A stretch of DNA of 64,000 bases from a virus (Duplodnaviria > Caudoviricetes). Below the pieces are notes generated by a model, which was not told where the DNA came from, did not search any database, and worked only from the letters and a program-made list of their open reading frames with translations. Shown one piece after another: positions 18,862-28,316 of this stretch. The translations under genes and the position numbers were made by a program. Position 1 is the first letter of the stretch; each line of letters begins with the position of its first letter. The stretch is taken from IMG/VR virus record IMGVR_UViG_3300010355_000588. The stretch is one strand, 5' to 3'.

Positions 18862-19092
18862 TCAGATCTCCTTGATGCGGTCGGTTAGCGATTCAGACGA
18901 TATGTAACTATCTCCAATGAAAACATATCCATCAGATTGGTAGGATTCGTTCAAGTTAGAGGCATCTACCGCGGTGAGCCACGGATTGCCAATGAAATCT
19001 ACAACCGGATTCAACACCATATCATGCTTCTTGAGAATCTTAGCGAGATCCTTCATAAAGGCGATCTTTTGGTCAAGAGTTTTCATCATCAA
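18862..19092 (-). CDS. Hypothetical protein
   Basis: ORF in early cassette. Confidence 0.55.
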   Translation of the reverse strand: MMMKTLDQKIAFMKDLAKILKKHDMVLNPVVDFIGNPWLTAVDASNLNESYQSDGYVFIGDSYISSESLTDRIKEI

Positions 19093-19238
19093 TCTTTCTT
19101 TTGAAATCTTTTCTTTAATTCCGATTTGGCCTTTTTAACCAATTCTTTGAATTTCAAAGTTTCCTTCTTTTCTTTCATAACCAGTTTGTCGGCTTCTTCT
19201 GGGATTACGCCGTAATTATTAATCAGATCATTTTTCAT
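19089..19238 (-). CDS. Small basic hypothetical protein
   Basis: AAGGAGATTGACG-ATG leader shared with other early genes. Confidence 0.55.
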   Translation of the reverse strand: MKNDLINNYGVIPEEADKLVMKEKKETLKFKELVKKAKSELKKRFQKKD

Positions 19239-19288
19239 CGTCAATCTCCTTCGGTTGTTTAGCACGTTTAGCATTTTCAATATAGTAT

Positions 19289-19317
19289 ATAATACAACCG
19301 AAAGGAGGATTTGTCAA
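19289..19317 (-). promoter_or_regulatory. Early promoter (same core as 6952-6980)
   Basis: TTGACA-aatcctcctttcggttg-TATTAT. Confidence 0.8.
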
Positions 19318-19320
19318 CCA

Positions 19321-19885
19321 TCAGATCGAAAATAAATCGAAATTTTTCTGCTTCAGATACTCCTTACGCTTGTCTGCCTTGGAACTCGAAAGCCAGTCAT
19401 CGACAATCTGGACGTCAGTAGCTTCGTCGAAGTCTATCTTGACTACGAATTTGTCCATGCCGACCTTCTTTACCAGATCGCGTAACTCCTCAGTCTTCCA
19501 GGTGCCAAGACCCTTGTAGTAATGTTGTTTATATTTAGATACATCGTTCTTGGCGACGAAGGCCTGGTAGTCTGGAAGATTCATGAAATGGTGGACGATC
19601 TTTCCTTTAGAATCTTTCAGCGTGACAATCGGGGTCTGAAGCTTGTAGATGTTGTTCTTCAGGATTTCTTTGAAGTGCTTGTAAAAAAGACCGATGTAAA
19701 GACCAGTGATATGTGAACCAGTTACTCCCCAACTAACCATCACCATCAGCATCTGTAGCGATGATGATTTTGTCAAAGTTGCTGGTTCTATCTACCTGGT
19801 TGCAGTTCATGGTTCTTCTTACATTAGTCTGTTGTTGGTAGGCGTTCATATCTACCTTAGACTTGTTGATCTTTTTGAACTTCAT
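19321..19885 (-). CDS. Topoisomerase II gp60-like subunit interrupted by a 19-nt coding gap (join 19885-19736 + 19716-19321, about 181 aa)
   Basis: 5' part MKFKK...IATDADGDG then TAG; 3' part GSHITGL...YYKGLGT in +1 frame; joining restores DADxDGSHI. Confidence 0.85.
19717..19738 (-). promoter_or_regulatory. Candidate translational bypass element
   Basis: GGT TAG TTGGGGAGTAACT GGT. Confidence 0.7.
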
Positions 19886-21435
19886 GGAGTATCTCCCTTT
19901 ATTAGATTTTTCACGCCAATCCAAGACCCATTTATCTCAATTTCGTCCTCTAATCGGGCTACTATTTTCTCTCCGTCTACTTCAAATTCGTACCATTCTT
20001 CAGGTTCTGCCTTCCCAATCTGTAATCCACAGATCTGGAATATCTCCTGCATTTCTTTGTTGTCAATGATGCGCTTCTCGGTAGATTCATAGGCGTTCAA
20101 CGGGACACCTCTAGAGCCATAGTAGGCGAAGTGCTTCCGACCAAAGGCTGCCGATAGACCACCCATGGCAGACATCCCTTCGCAGATGAAGAAAGCCTCA
20201 GGGGTGTCAGTAGCTGCCAAATATGCGTCGGACTTGATCTTCATCTTCTTGAGCTTCTTGTTGAATTCTTCGAGCTCCTTGTTCTTCTTATATTCTTCTC
20301 GCAGCTTGAAGATCTCCACGACCGGATCCATCAACTTCTCGTTCTTGTAGATCTTGTCGTTGAGCTTCTCGAAGTCCAGACCAGCCAGAAACGCTCTAAT
20401 CTCTCCGGTTGAGTTGGTTAGACGCTCCTTGGTTTGGCTGTCGAACTTCGGGTTTGGAAATCCCCTAAACACACAGACAATCTTCAACCGGTTGTAGATG
20501 TCAGCTGGCACGATGGTCTTATATTTCTTGATTAGTTTGTTGCGGATCTTATAGGAAATCTCGTTGCAGATAAGATCCATGTGGTTGCCACCATTCTTCA
20601 TGTGCAGTCCGTTGACATATGAAATGGTCGTGTAGCTATCGGTGTCAGATGGATATACCCCGAGCAAGAAATTGTCAGCTTCTACATATTCGAAGTCTTT
20701 TCCATAATATTCCAGATAAGACTTACCTGATCTAACATCGATACGCTTGGTATTGAAGTAGAACTTGATCTGAGGAAAGGAGACAGCCAACTGGATAAGC
20801 CGTTGTTCAATGACATTCTGATGGTTGGCATCGATCTCATTCAATCCAAAACGTTCAAGGTCAGGCGTGAATTGAACAATAGTGAACGAATTCTTGTGGG
20901 TGGCCTTCTTGATCTTGTACGACATCTTCTTGAGATTATCAGTACACTTAAGAATAAGCTTTTCCTTGCCAGAATATGTCTCAACGGAGAATTCCTTAGA
21001 CCAGACGTTGGTGCAAAAAGCTCCGACGCCAAAGGATCCAATTGACTTTCTTTCTTCAACAAAGTTAGAACCGGCTTTCGCGTGGGTGAACGCCAGGACG
21101 GCCTTTGGCAGCTTTGTCCCCCTGTCGATGTCCACGGGAACCCCTCTTCCATTGTCTTCCACCTTGACAGAAGTCTTATCGATTGTCACGTAGATTCTAT
21201 TGGCCTTAGCGAAGTCTGTCTTAATTGCTTCGTCTACGCTGTTGTCGATGACTTCATTGATGATTTTGGCAAGCCCTGGGACATATGTATATTTCTTGTA
21301 TTCGAAGAGGTTGGACTCACGGTTCAAGAGAAAGCCTTCAGCCTCTACGTAGTTAATGGACCCGATGTACATGTCTGGCTTGGTAAGGACATGCTCCTCG
21401 TCGGTCAGCTTTCTAATTTCATTATTAGCTGCCAT
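19882..21435 (-). CDS. Type II topoisomerase ATPase subunit (gp39; GyrB/ParE-like, ends mid-Toprim)
   Basis: PDMYIGS, EVIDNSVDE, DNGRG, QTKE, EGMSA, RGVPLN. Confidence 0.93.
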   Translation of the reverse strand: MAANNEIRKLTDEEHVLTKPDMYIGSINYVEAEGFLLNRESNLFEYKKYTYVPGLAKIINEVIDNSVDEAIKTDFAKANRIYVTIDKTSVKVEDNGRGVPVDIDRGTKLPKAVLAFTHAKAGSNFVEERKSIGSFGVGAFCTNVWSKEFSVETYSGKEKLILKCTDNLKKMSYKIKKATHKNSFTIVQFTPDLERFGLNEIDANHQNVIEQRLIQLAVSFPQIKFYFNTKRIDVRSGKSYLEYYGKDFEYVEADNFLLGVYPSDTDSYTTISYVNGLHMKNGGNHMDLICNEISYKIRNKLIKKYKTIVPADIYNRLKIVCVFRGFPNPKFDSQTKERLTNSTGEIRAFLAGLDFEKLNDKIYKNEKLMDPVVEIFKLREEYKKNKELEEFNKKLKKMKIKSDAYLAATDTPEAFFICEGMSAMGGLSAAFGRKHFAYYGSRGVPLNAYESTEKRIIDNKEMQEIFQICGLQIGKAEPEEWYEFEVDGEKIVARLEDEIEINGSWIGVKNLIKGDTP

Positions 21436-21455
21436 GTGTCTCCTTGGTTAGAAAT

Positions 21456-22079
21456 TCAGACCTGCATCAATTTGACACAAGCCTTCTCGATGTCCATAGT
21501 CATGTAGACATCGAAGAGGGCGTCATGGGCGTCCGCCTTGGAGATATCAGTGTCAATCAGACCCATCATGCGAAGCGTATTGTATACAGTGGTTAGCTTG
21601 AAGTTGTTCATCTTTGTTCGGATAGAGGCCATCGCATAAGAAGCCAACACCATAATATCCATCGTGTTGGACCAGAAGAAGTTGCCAAAGAGGAACTTCT
21701 GGTTGGCAAGCTTCTCGGTGAGCATATTCTGGTTTTCCTGGATGAAGTTGACGATGAAGTCCTTATCAAAGTGTGCGTTGTAGGCACAGAAGAACATCTT
21801 GTCCTGGGCGTCGAAGGGCTTGCAATGTCTGACGAGCAACTTCATAAATTCCATAAAGGCTTGTTCGTATGTCATATCCCTGGATTGGACGTCTTCCTCG
21901 GTCAACCCTGAGATCTTCAATGCTCGAAGGTCAATCAGCTTCTTGGTAGACGGAGAGAACTTCAGATCAAGGGTCTCGATGGTTTTGCCATCTTCAACCA
22001 GGATCGTACAAAGCTGATGGATGGAATGGTTCTTAGGATCCAATCCAGTGGTTTCGACGTCTACATAAAGCTTCTTCAT
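21456..22079 (-). CDS. DEDDh 3'-5' exonuclease (DnaQ-like)
   Basis: DVETTG, YNAHFD, HDALFD. Confidence 0.88.
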   Translation of the reverse strand: MKKLYVDVETTGLDPKNHSIHQLCTILVEDGKTIETLDLKFSPSTKKLIDLRALKISGLTEEDVQSRDMTYEQAFMEFMKLLVRHCKPFDAQDKMFFCAYNAHFDKDFIVNFIQENQNMLTEKLANQKFLFGNFFWSNTMDIMVLASYAMASIRTKMNNFKLTTVYNTLRMMGLIDTDISKADAHDALFDVYMTMDIEKACVKLMQV

Positions 22080-22113
22080 GTTTCAATATCCTTCAGTATT
22101 TTCAGTATAATAT

Positions 22114-22142
22114 ATAGTACAACAAGAACTCAGTTTTGTCAA
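22114..22142 (-). promoter_or_regulatory. Early promoter
   Basis: TTGACA-17-TACTAT. Confidence 0.78.
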
Positions 22143-22148
22143 TAGGAT

Positions 22149-22811
22149 TTACCCAATTAATTCAGTAATATTCACGCCATTCTTACGGTCTTTCTCAGTT
22201 AGCCCACATTCATCGAGATTGCCTTGGATTCCAGTCATATCGCCATAAATTCCAGTCACATCGCCACGAATTCCATATATATGACCATGAATTCTAGTCA
22301 CATCGCCACGAATTCCATATATATGACCATAAATTCCAGTCACATCGCCACGAATTCCATATATATGACCATGAATTCTAGTCACATCGCCACGGATTCT
22401 AGACACATTGCCACGGATTCTAGACACATTGCCAAAGATTCCAGATATATCGCCGCGGATTCCAGTCACATCGCCGCAGATTCCAGTCACATCGCCGCAG
22501 ATTCCGGATACATTGCCAGAGATTCCAGTCACATTGCCTTGCAGACTATCAACATTGCCAAAAATTCCAGACGCGTTGCCAGAAATTTTGGAAACATTAC
22601 CAATAATGCTAGACACGTTACCACGAAGCTCCGACACATCACCGCGAATGCCAGTCACATCGCCAGATATTCCGGTCACATTACCATAAATATTTGATAC
22701 ATCACCAGAAATTTCAGCAGCATCACCATAAATTTTTTCTATGTTGCCAGTGATATTTTTTGCATTCGTCAATTCTTTTTTGATTTCAATTTTCTTCATC
22801 ATCTTTTTCAT
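22149..22811 (-). CDS. Heptad-repeat protein, copy 2
   Basis: 25 tandem 7-aa units plus C-cap GNLDECGLTEKDR. Confidence 0.8.
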   Translation of the reverse strand: MKKMMKKIEIKKELTNAKNITGNIEKIYGDAAEISGDVSNIYGNVTGISGDVTGIRGDVSELRGNVSSIIGNVSKISGNASGIFGNVDSLQGNVTGISGNVSGICGDVTGICGDVTGIRGDISGIFGNVSRIRGNVSRIRGDVTRIHGHIYGIRGDVTGIYGHIYGIRGDVTRIHGHIYGIRGDVTGIYGDMTGIQGNLDECGLTEKDRKNGVNITELIG

Positions 22812-22852
22812 CGTCAATCTCCTTTGATTATTTGGTATTTTTAGTATAATAT

Positions 22853-22881
22853 ATAGTACAACAGGTATTCGGTTTTGTCAA
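22853..22881 (-). promoter_or_regulatory. Early promoter
   Basis: TTGACA-17-TACTAT. Confidence 0.78.
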
Positions 22882-22891
22882 CAGGTAAAAC

Positions 22892-22917
22892 AAAAAAGGA
22901 GGAAAATAAATTCCTCC
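22892..22917 (-). terminator. Intrinsic terminator ending the polymerase/modification operon
   Basis: GGAGGAA...TTCCTCC followed by T-tract. Confidence 0.65.
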
Positions 22918-22946
22918 AATTTCGTAGTGCAGTGGACACGTTTGGA

Positions 22947-23801
22947 TCAGTTCTTTTCTACCAGCCACTTGACGAACTTGTTCTTGTTGAGATACTTGCT
23001 TTCGAGAAGCGCCTCTTTTACGTCTGGTCTGATTGTAGAGGTATCGCCAACGAACATTGATTCAGTCAGCTTCGGCGTAGAATTCTTGGCGAATGGGAAC
23101 TTGAGCATGTTGCCAAACGTCTCATAGTCCTTTTCATAGATATGGTACGAGACAGAATGGTGGATATATTCGCCAAGTTCGAGATCTGGATAGTTGTCGA
23201 GAAGCTGAAGCCTCATCTGCTGCATGAGAAGCGTGAAGAATGGAACATCATATACGATCCCGAAGAAAGCATCTGAACTGCGCATGAACATGGTCAGATT
23301 GAGCTTGTCATTCCGGATGTTGAAGACCCCGTTCAGCGTACAGACAAAGTCCTTATTGTCTTGGAACGAGTGGTATGGTTTGCTGAAGCGAACGATAGCC
23401 TGGCGAGTGTCCTCATCTTTTCTGAGCGCGTCGAGAGCCCATTCCCATTCCGTATAGCCAAATTCATTCTTTTCCTTGAAGATCGTATATCCATAGGCTG
23501 ACGAGAGCTTTCCAGTTTCCTTGTCAGCCAACTTGTTCCAGAAATTGGAATATTGGCTGATGTACTTGAGATCGTTCCGCCCGAGGAAATACCACTTGAG
23601 TTCGCCTTTGAGATATTTGTCGCTAGGGCTTCGATTGTCGTTCGAGTAAAGATTGCTATATGGATTGGTGAGTTGGAGCACCATATTCGATACTTCTTTC
23701 ACCTCCATTCCTCTCGGAGATACTGTCGCCTTTGAATCCATTACAGCTTCAATGGACTGCTTATAGATTTCAGCAAACGTCGAACCTTTGATAAGTTGCA
23801 T
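22947..23801 (-). CDS. Thymidylate-synthase-fold enzyme, probably dCMP hydroxymethylase (gp42-like)
   Basis: DTRQA, catalytic KDFVCT, RSSDAFFGIVYD (Asp at the specificity position), SYHIY. Confidence 0.8.
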   Translation of the reverse strand: MQLIKGSTFAEIYKQSIEAVMDSKATVSPRGMEVKEVSNMVLQLTNPYSNLYSNDNRSPSDKYLKGELKWYFLGRNDLKYISQYSNFWNKLADKETGKLSSAYGYTIFKEKNEFGYTEWEWALDALRKDEDTRQAIVRFSKPYHSFQDNKDFVCTLNGVFNIRNDKLNLTMFMRSSDAFFGIVYDVPFFTLLMQQMRLQLLDNYPDLELGEYIHHSVSYHIYEKDYETFGNMLKFPFAKNSTPKLTESMFVGDTSTIRPDVKEALLESKYLNKNKFVKWLVEKN

Positions 23802-23842
23802 AGATATACCTTTATATCAGTTAATGATTCGTTTATGATATG

Positions 23843-24547
23843 TTAGATCGAACGGATGAAGTCGGCTACCTTCTTGACACATTCGACTGGATCTGGATCA
23901 TGGGTGGTGTCGATAGACATGTTCTTGAAGATAGACTTCGAGATATAATACGAGAAGGCGTTCTGGAGCTGGGCGATGTCCTGCACCGAAGGAGCACGTT
24001 CGGTCTTTCTGGTTTCTTTGAACCGACGAGCAACCACCACTGGATCGCATTTCACCTGTACAATAATGACAGGAAGATCGGCATTTTTCCGTTCGAGAGT
24101 TCCTAGATAAGTAGGCACTCGATTGCGAAGCGTCGGAGAATAGATGAACTCGCCGATGTGGGCCCTGTCGAAGATGAAGCTATTTCCAACGTTAGTAGCT
24201 GCTCGAATCATGTCGAACATGAGGTGGAATTGGCCAACCTGAAAGCCATAGCGCTCATCGGTAGTATCGCCGATTGGAAATTGAAAGTGGTGGTACATCA
24301 ATGGATATCCCAAATGCTTTCTAAGCGCTTCGATAAAGGTTGTCTTTCCAGAAGCATCTACTCCTTCGATGATGAGCGAATATTGCTTCATGGGTTTTTC
24401 TTGAGTAGCTTCTGGAACCGTTTCCTGAACAACTACGTCTTGAATTGGAACTTCTTTGACGATAGGATCAACTTCTTTCTGACGTCTGACATATTTGCGC
24501 TTCTTGGGTTCTTCTACAGGTTTTTCTTCTTTTTTGCGACGAGCCAT
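23843..24547 (-). CDS. dNMP (thymidylate-kinase-like) kinase
   Basis: IEGVDASGKTT, IFDR. Confidence 0.85.
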   Translation of the reverse strand: MARRKKEEKPVEEPKKRKYVRRQKEVDPIVKEVPIQDVVVQETVPEATQEKPMKQYSLIIEGVDASGKTTFIEALRKHLGYPLMYHHFQFPIGDTTDERYGFQVGQFHLMFDMIRAATNVGNSFIFDRAHIGEFIYSPTLRNRVPTYLGTLERKNADLPVIIVQVKCDPVVVARRFKETRKTERAPSVQDIAQLQNAFSYYISKSIFKNMSIDTTHDPDPVECVKKVADFIRSI

Positions 24548-24584
24548 TAGCGTTTCTCCTAATTTGTTGGTTTAGTACAATATG

Positions 24585-25169
24585 TCATTTGTTCAGCCAT
24601 TGGACTGTTGAGATTTCGCCAAATTTCGAATTATTTTTACGGTCTTGCCACTCGACAGTGATCCCATGGTCGGCCATTAGTTCGACGTCGAGATATTCGA
24701 GGCTGCCAGTTCCGGATAAATATGTGTCGCCATTAACCATTTTGATCAGTTGGATCAGCCGTTCAGTCTTTGTCTTTTCAGTAGGATAATCGAACGCGAT
24801 CTCGGTAGATATGCCAAGCATCTCCATAGTTTTCATGATAATGGCGATATTGCTAACAGCTAAAAATTCGCCAACGCATTCGTCATATATAGACAGCGCC
24901 TTTCCATCCTTGCCAAGAGAGCATTTGATCTTATTCCAGTTTCTAGCTGGATCTACGTATTTCTTATCGATGATCTTGTCTTCCAGATGCCCACGAGATA
25001 CCGGCATGGTGTACCACTTGCCCAAGTGGTTGAAACGTCGCTGATAGCCTTCGTACCAAAACTGGCACTGAGTTAGAATGACGAAGACGTCTACTGATGC
25101 CATCTTCTCATAATATGGCATCCAAGGCACGAAATTTGGCTGATGGATAGCTACTTTAGTTTTAGACAT
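24585..25169 (-). CDS. WbqC-like protein
   Basis: IHQPNFVPW..Y.K....DVFV; RL; YLSG.G...Y. Confidence 0.85.
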   Translation of the reverse strand: MSKTKVAIHQPNFVPWMPYYEKMASVDVFVILTQCQFWYEGYQRRFNHLGKWYTMPVSRGHLEDKIIDKKYVDPARNWNKIKCSLGKDGKALSIYDECVGEFLAVSNIAIIMKTMEMLGISTEIAFDYPTEKTKTERLIQLIKMVNGDTYLSGTGSLEYLDVELMADHGITVEWQDRKNNSKFGEISTVQWLNK

Positions 25170-25177
25170 GCCGAACC

Positions 25178-25864
25178 TCAGATTAGTTTGCTATTGGATA
25201 GAACGACAAGGCAATCAGCCATCATGTTATGCTCAATGACAACGTTCGGAGTTACGCTGAGAGCAGAGTCAAGAACGAGCGAAGGAGAGAAATATTCGAA
25301 GGTCGGTTCACGCTTCAAACACCAGGCTGATGGAAAATTGCAAAATACCATATTAGACATCTTTATCATTTCGTTGAAGAAAGTAGTTAGAAATTTAGGA
25401 TGCCAGGCTGGAAAACCACGATTGTTGAATAGACCAGAGACTATCGTACAGTCGAAATTGCCATATGTTTCTTGAAATATTGAGAAATCTAAAGCATCGT
25501 CGAGAAAAAATGCTATGTCGTTTACATTGCCATATGTCTTATTGGCATATCTGATGAATGCTGGATTGTTGTCAATGCCAACATATTTAGAAAAACCATC
25601 TTTATGTATTTCACAAAAGCCACCAAACCCACAGCCAATTTCAAATATAGAAAAAGACTCAAAATTTTTGCAATATTTAGCCATCTGATCGTAACGGACC
25701 ACCGCTGAAACAATAGACTTCCAGTGAAGCAACTGCCATTTGTCTGGATGGTTTTCAATGTCTTCGACCGTAAGCGATTCTGTCTTATAGAATTCCTTAT
25801 CAATCTTGGCGTTGATGTTTTGAGCATTATCCATAATGGCCGTAATTGGATAGAATACTGGCAT
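25178..25864 (-). CDS. Class I SAM-dependent methyltransferase
   Basis: EIGCGFG motif I, YVGID, FD..IVSGLFN. Confidence 0.85.
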   Translation of the reverse strand: MPVFYPITAIMDNAQNINAKIDKEFYKTESLTVEDIENHPDKWQLLHWKSIVSAVVRYDQMAKYCKNFESFSIFEIGCGFGGFCEIHKDGFSKYVGIDNNPAFIRYANKTYGNVNDIAFFLDDALDFSIFQETYGNFDCTIVSGLFNNRGFPAWHPKFLTTFFNEMIKMSNMVFCNFPSAWCLKREPTFEYFSPSLVLDSALSVTPNVVIEHNMMADCLVVLSNSKLI

Positions 25865-25875
25865 TGTCCATCTCC

Positions 25876-26523
25876 TTAGATAGTATAATTAATATGTTTG
25901 ATCTGATAAGCTTCAGCATATTCAGCATAACAGAATTGTCCATGATAGGCAGCAGTGGCCTTGATCTTCTTGACGTAGAAATTGTCGTTCTTCTTACACT
26001 GAGACGGAAAGCATTCCAACATATGGTCAGTCTTGTAGTTAAGCATTTCTTCAGAAAGTGGCATGTACATGTTTGGAATGAAGTCGATGCTAGTGGCTGC
26101 TTCGTAATAAATTAACGAACACTTTCTACTTGCGTCAGTAGCTGCTTCTCCAACAGTACGATGATCGATATGAGTATCGAGAGGAAATGGAGCAAAGACG
26201 AACTTAATGTCATGTCTAGAAATAGTATCCTCAATCTCATCTCGAAGTTCGTTATAGTGTTCGTTTAGCGTTCTAACAACAAATGGATAGGTAGGGCGTT
26301 CCAACCAAAAGTTTAGATTGAAATGCGCCTTAAGTATACGTTCAGATTCTTTTTGTTCGTGCCAACGTGGATCGTCGTCGATAGTATGGCAGATATTTAG
26401 AATATGAACTGCCTTTCCCTTAGAGGTGACGTCCTTAGCAATTTGGACAAAGGCTCCGAGACAAGAAATTTCCATGTCGTCAGAGTGAGTAGATACAAAT
26501 AGTGTCTTGTCCGTAATGGTCAT
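25876..26523 (-). CDS. PIG-L/LmbE family de-N-acetylase
   Basis: HSDD and HIDH metal motifs; SQ; YAEAY. Confidence 0.88.
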   Translation of the reverse strand: MTITDKTLFVSTHSDDMEISCLGAFVQIAKDVTSKGKAVHILNICHTIDDDPRWHEQKESERILKAHFNLNFWLERPTYPFVVRTLNEHYNELRDEIEDTISRHDIKFVFAPFPLDTHIDHRTVGEAATDASRKCSLIYYEAATSIDFIPNMYMPLSEEMLNYKTDHMLECFPSQCKKNDNFYVKKIKATAAYHGQFCYAEYAEAYQIKHINYTI

Positions 26524-27794
26524 CTAATCCATTCCTTTCCAGTCAGTCGTTTGTAGTCAGCATGAAAAATGTCGCAAATAAACGTGCCATCATAATATTC
26601 TGGTTTTAGGCGATTGTTTTGTTCTATTAGCAATTTGACATAGAAGTCATGATCAGTCATTACTTTATGTATTTTTTCGCGAAAATTCATGGGGTTAACT
26701 CGAAGAAAGTGGTCGAGTGGAAAGACATGGCCCTGGGTATCGTATTCTTTAGCCATGAAGGCGATGCACCCTGGATCGTCGATGGATCTACCGTTCATTG
26801 TCTCACACCATTTAGTAGTAGCCCATTTCTCAGTAATAAGAAGCGATATTTTAGTAGCCTTCATTAGTTCGGCCAACTCGTTCATGTCCTTAGGTCCTTT
26901 GAAGCGAGGATCAGCTTCTAGAATTTCGTCACGCCACTTTCCATAAATCTCGACGTTCTTGATGCAGTTAGGAGTATCCCACTTGCCAATATATTTCATC
27001 AGTGTTGGATATCTATCGGGATTGCCATTGGAGTCTTCCTGGTTCAGAACGATTCTAAACTGATTGAGCTTCTTCTTGGCTAACTCTGGAATCTGTTCGA
27101 TGGGGGTCTTCTGTTGGTAGTTCAAGAAGAGAGTCTCCAACCCTACATATTTCGCAGGTATCTTCGTCCTGACAAGCTTTCTTGGCTTGGCATCCTCGAA
27201 GCATCTAATAGTCTCAGCCCAATCTATGCAAGGCGAATCGAACTGCGTTAGAAGCAACGACGGTAGATTAGCCTGATATAATTCCTTCTCTCTGGTCATT
27301 AGATATCTAGAGTCGTTCGAATAATATGACTTAGGTACCTCTACATGGTCGTTCAGAACATATAGAATAGGAGCTGTCATACGCTTGTTCTGAGCGAGTA
27401 CCTTCTGACATTTCTTTCCTTTAGCACTGGCCATAGTGATGAAGTTGGGCATATTAATATCCCCAGTGGGCCCTGCTAGAATGACAAAATAATCGATCTT
27501 GGCCTTCTTGACTTGTTCGTTAAGTAGCTTGAAATATTCCCAGCTCTCGCAAGTAGCTTCATTGCACGTCAAACCCTCAGTCAAATCGAAGACGTTGGAA
27601 TATTTGAACTGGGCCTTGATCTCGTCAGAACAAGTAGACAGATCGTTTCGGCCGAAGATGAAGATTTTGTCCTTCGGATGATGGTTGGCGAGTAGATTGA
27701 CCATCTTCGGAGCATTCAAATCTCCGCCTGTGGGTTTCCAATGGTCTGGATTGAAATGAATGGCACGTCCGAGGCGCGCATATGCTATGTTCAT
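26520..27794 (-). CDS. GT-B glycosyltransferase, T4 beta-glucosyltransferase-like
   Basis: NDSRY; C-terminal TTKWCETM...EYDTQ...EQN..L resembles T4 BGT (comparison from memory). Confidence 0.6.
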   Translation of the reverse strand: MNIAYARLGRAIHFNPDHWKPTGGDLNAPKMVNLLANHHPKDKIFIFGRNDLSTCSDEIKAQFKYSNVFDLTEGLTCNEATCESWEYFKLLNEQVKKAKIDYFVILAGPTGDINMPNFITMASAKGKKCQKVLAQNKRMTAPILYVLNDHVEVPKSYYSNDSRYLMTREKELYQANLPSLLLTQFDSPCIDWAETIRCFEDAKPRKLVRTKIPAKYVGLETLFLNYQQKTPIEQIPELAKKKLNQFRIVLNQEDSNGNPDRYPTLMKYIGKWDTPNCIKNVEIYGKWRDEILEADPRFKGPKDMNELAELMKATKISLLITEKWATTKWCETMNGRSIDDPGCIAFMAKEYDTQGHVFPLDHFLRVNPMNFREKIHKVMTDHDFYVKLLIEQNNRLKPEYYDGTFICDIFHADYKRLTGKEWIR

Positions 27795-28288
27795 CAGTTC
27801 TTCTCCTCAGTGGCAGGCACCATATCTGCCTTGATTCTTTCCCAGATTTCTTCAGGAGTCATCTCGAGAAATTCCCTGGGTCTCACTGCCTTGTCGTCGA
27901 TGTACATTCCACAATATGTTCCAGCAAATGGCAGATGACCCTGGGCAAATGGCTTGCCAAATACGAGTTCGCTATATTCTACATTATGTCTATCAAGCCA
28001 ATCTATTACAGTTGGGGCGATGTTTTCTTCGATCTGTCTTAAATTTCGCCGATAAGTATACATGCCACGGCTAGTGAAGTAGATAATATATACCCCTTTC
28101 CGATGCATTTCGTTTAGCTTATTAATCATTGGCCAAACCGGCTTGGCATTCTTATAGTCCCATCTGCCATTGTTGAGTTCAGCGTGAAGAATGGTGTTGT
28201 CGATGTCTACTACGAGCGATTTGTCGTTCTCATATAGACGTCCCTTCTCTTTTTCCATCAGTGCAATTGCTTCTTTAGAATATTCCAT
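27794..28288 (-). CDS. HAD-family phosphatase
   Basis: DIDNT, TSR, GKP, YIDDKA. Confidence 0.85.
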   Translation of the reverse strand: MEYSKEAIALMEKEKGRLYENDKSLVVDIDNTILHAELNNGRWDYKNAKPVWPMINKLNEMHRKGVYIIYFTSRGMYTYRRNLRQIEENIAPTVIDWLDRHNVEYSELVFGKPFAQGHLPFAGTYCGMYIDDKAVRPREFLEMTPEEIWERIKADMVPATEEKN

Positions 28289-28316
28289 GATGCTATCTCC
28301 TTTGATTCAATTTGAC

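Noticed and set aside
19717-19738. Self-splicing intron or stop-codon readthrough at the gene-60 gap
   Set aside because: 19 nt is too short for a group I/II intron, and readthrough stays in the wrong frame
19321-19776. Track ORF 19321..19776 as an independent gene
   Set aside because: Its first ~19 residues are off-frame text and it would lack the Toprim DxD; it only makes sense joined to 19885-19736
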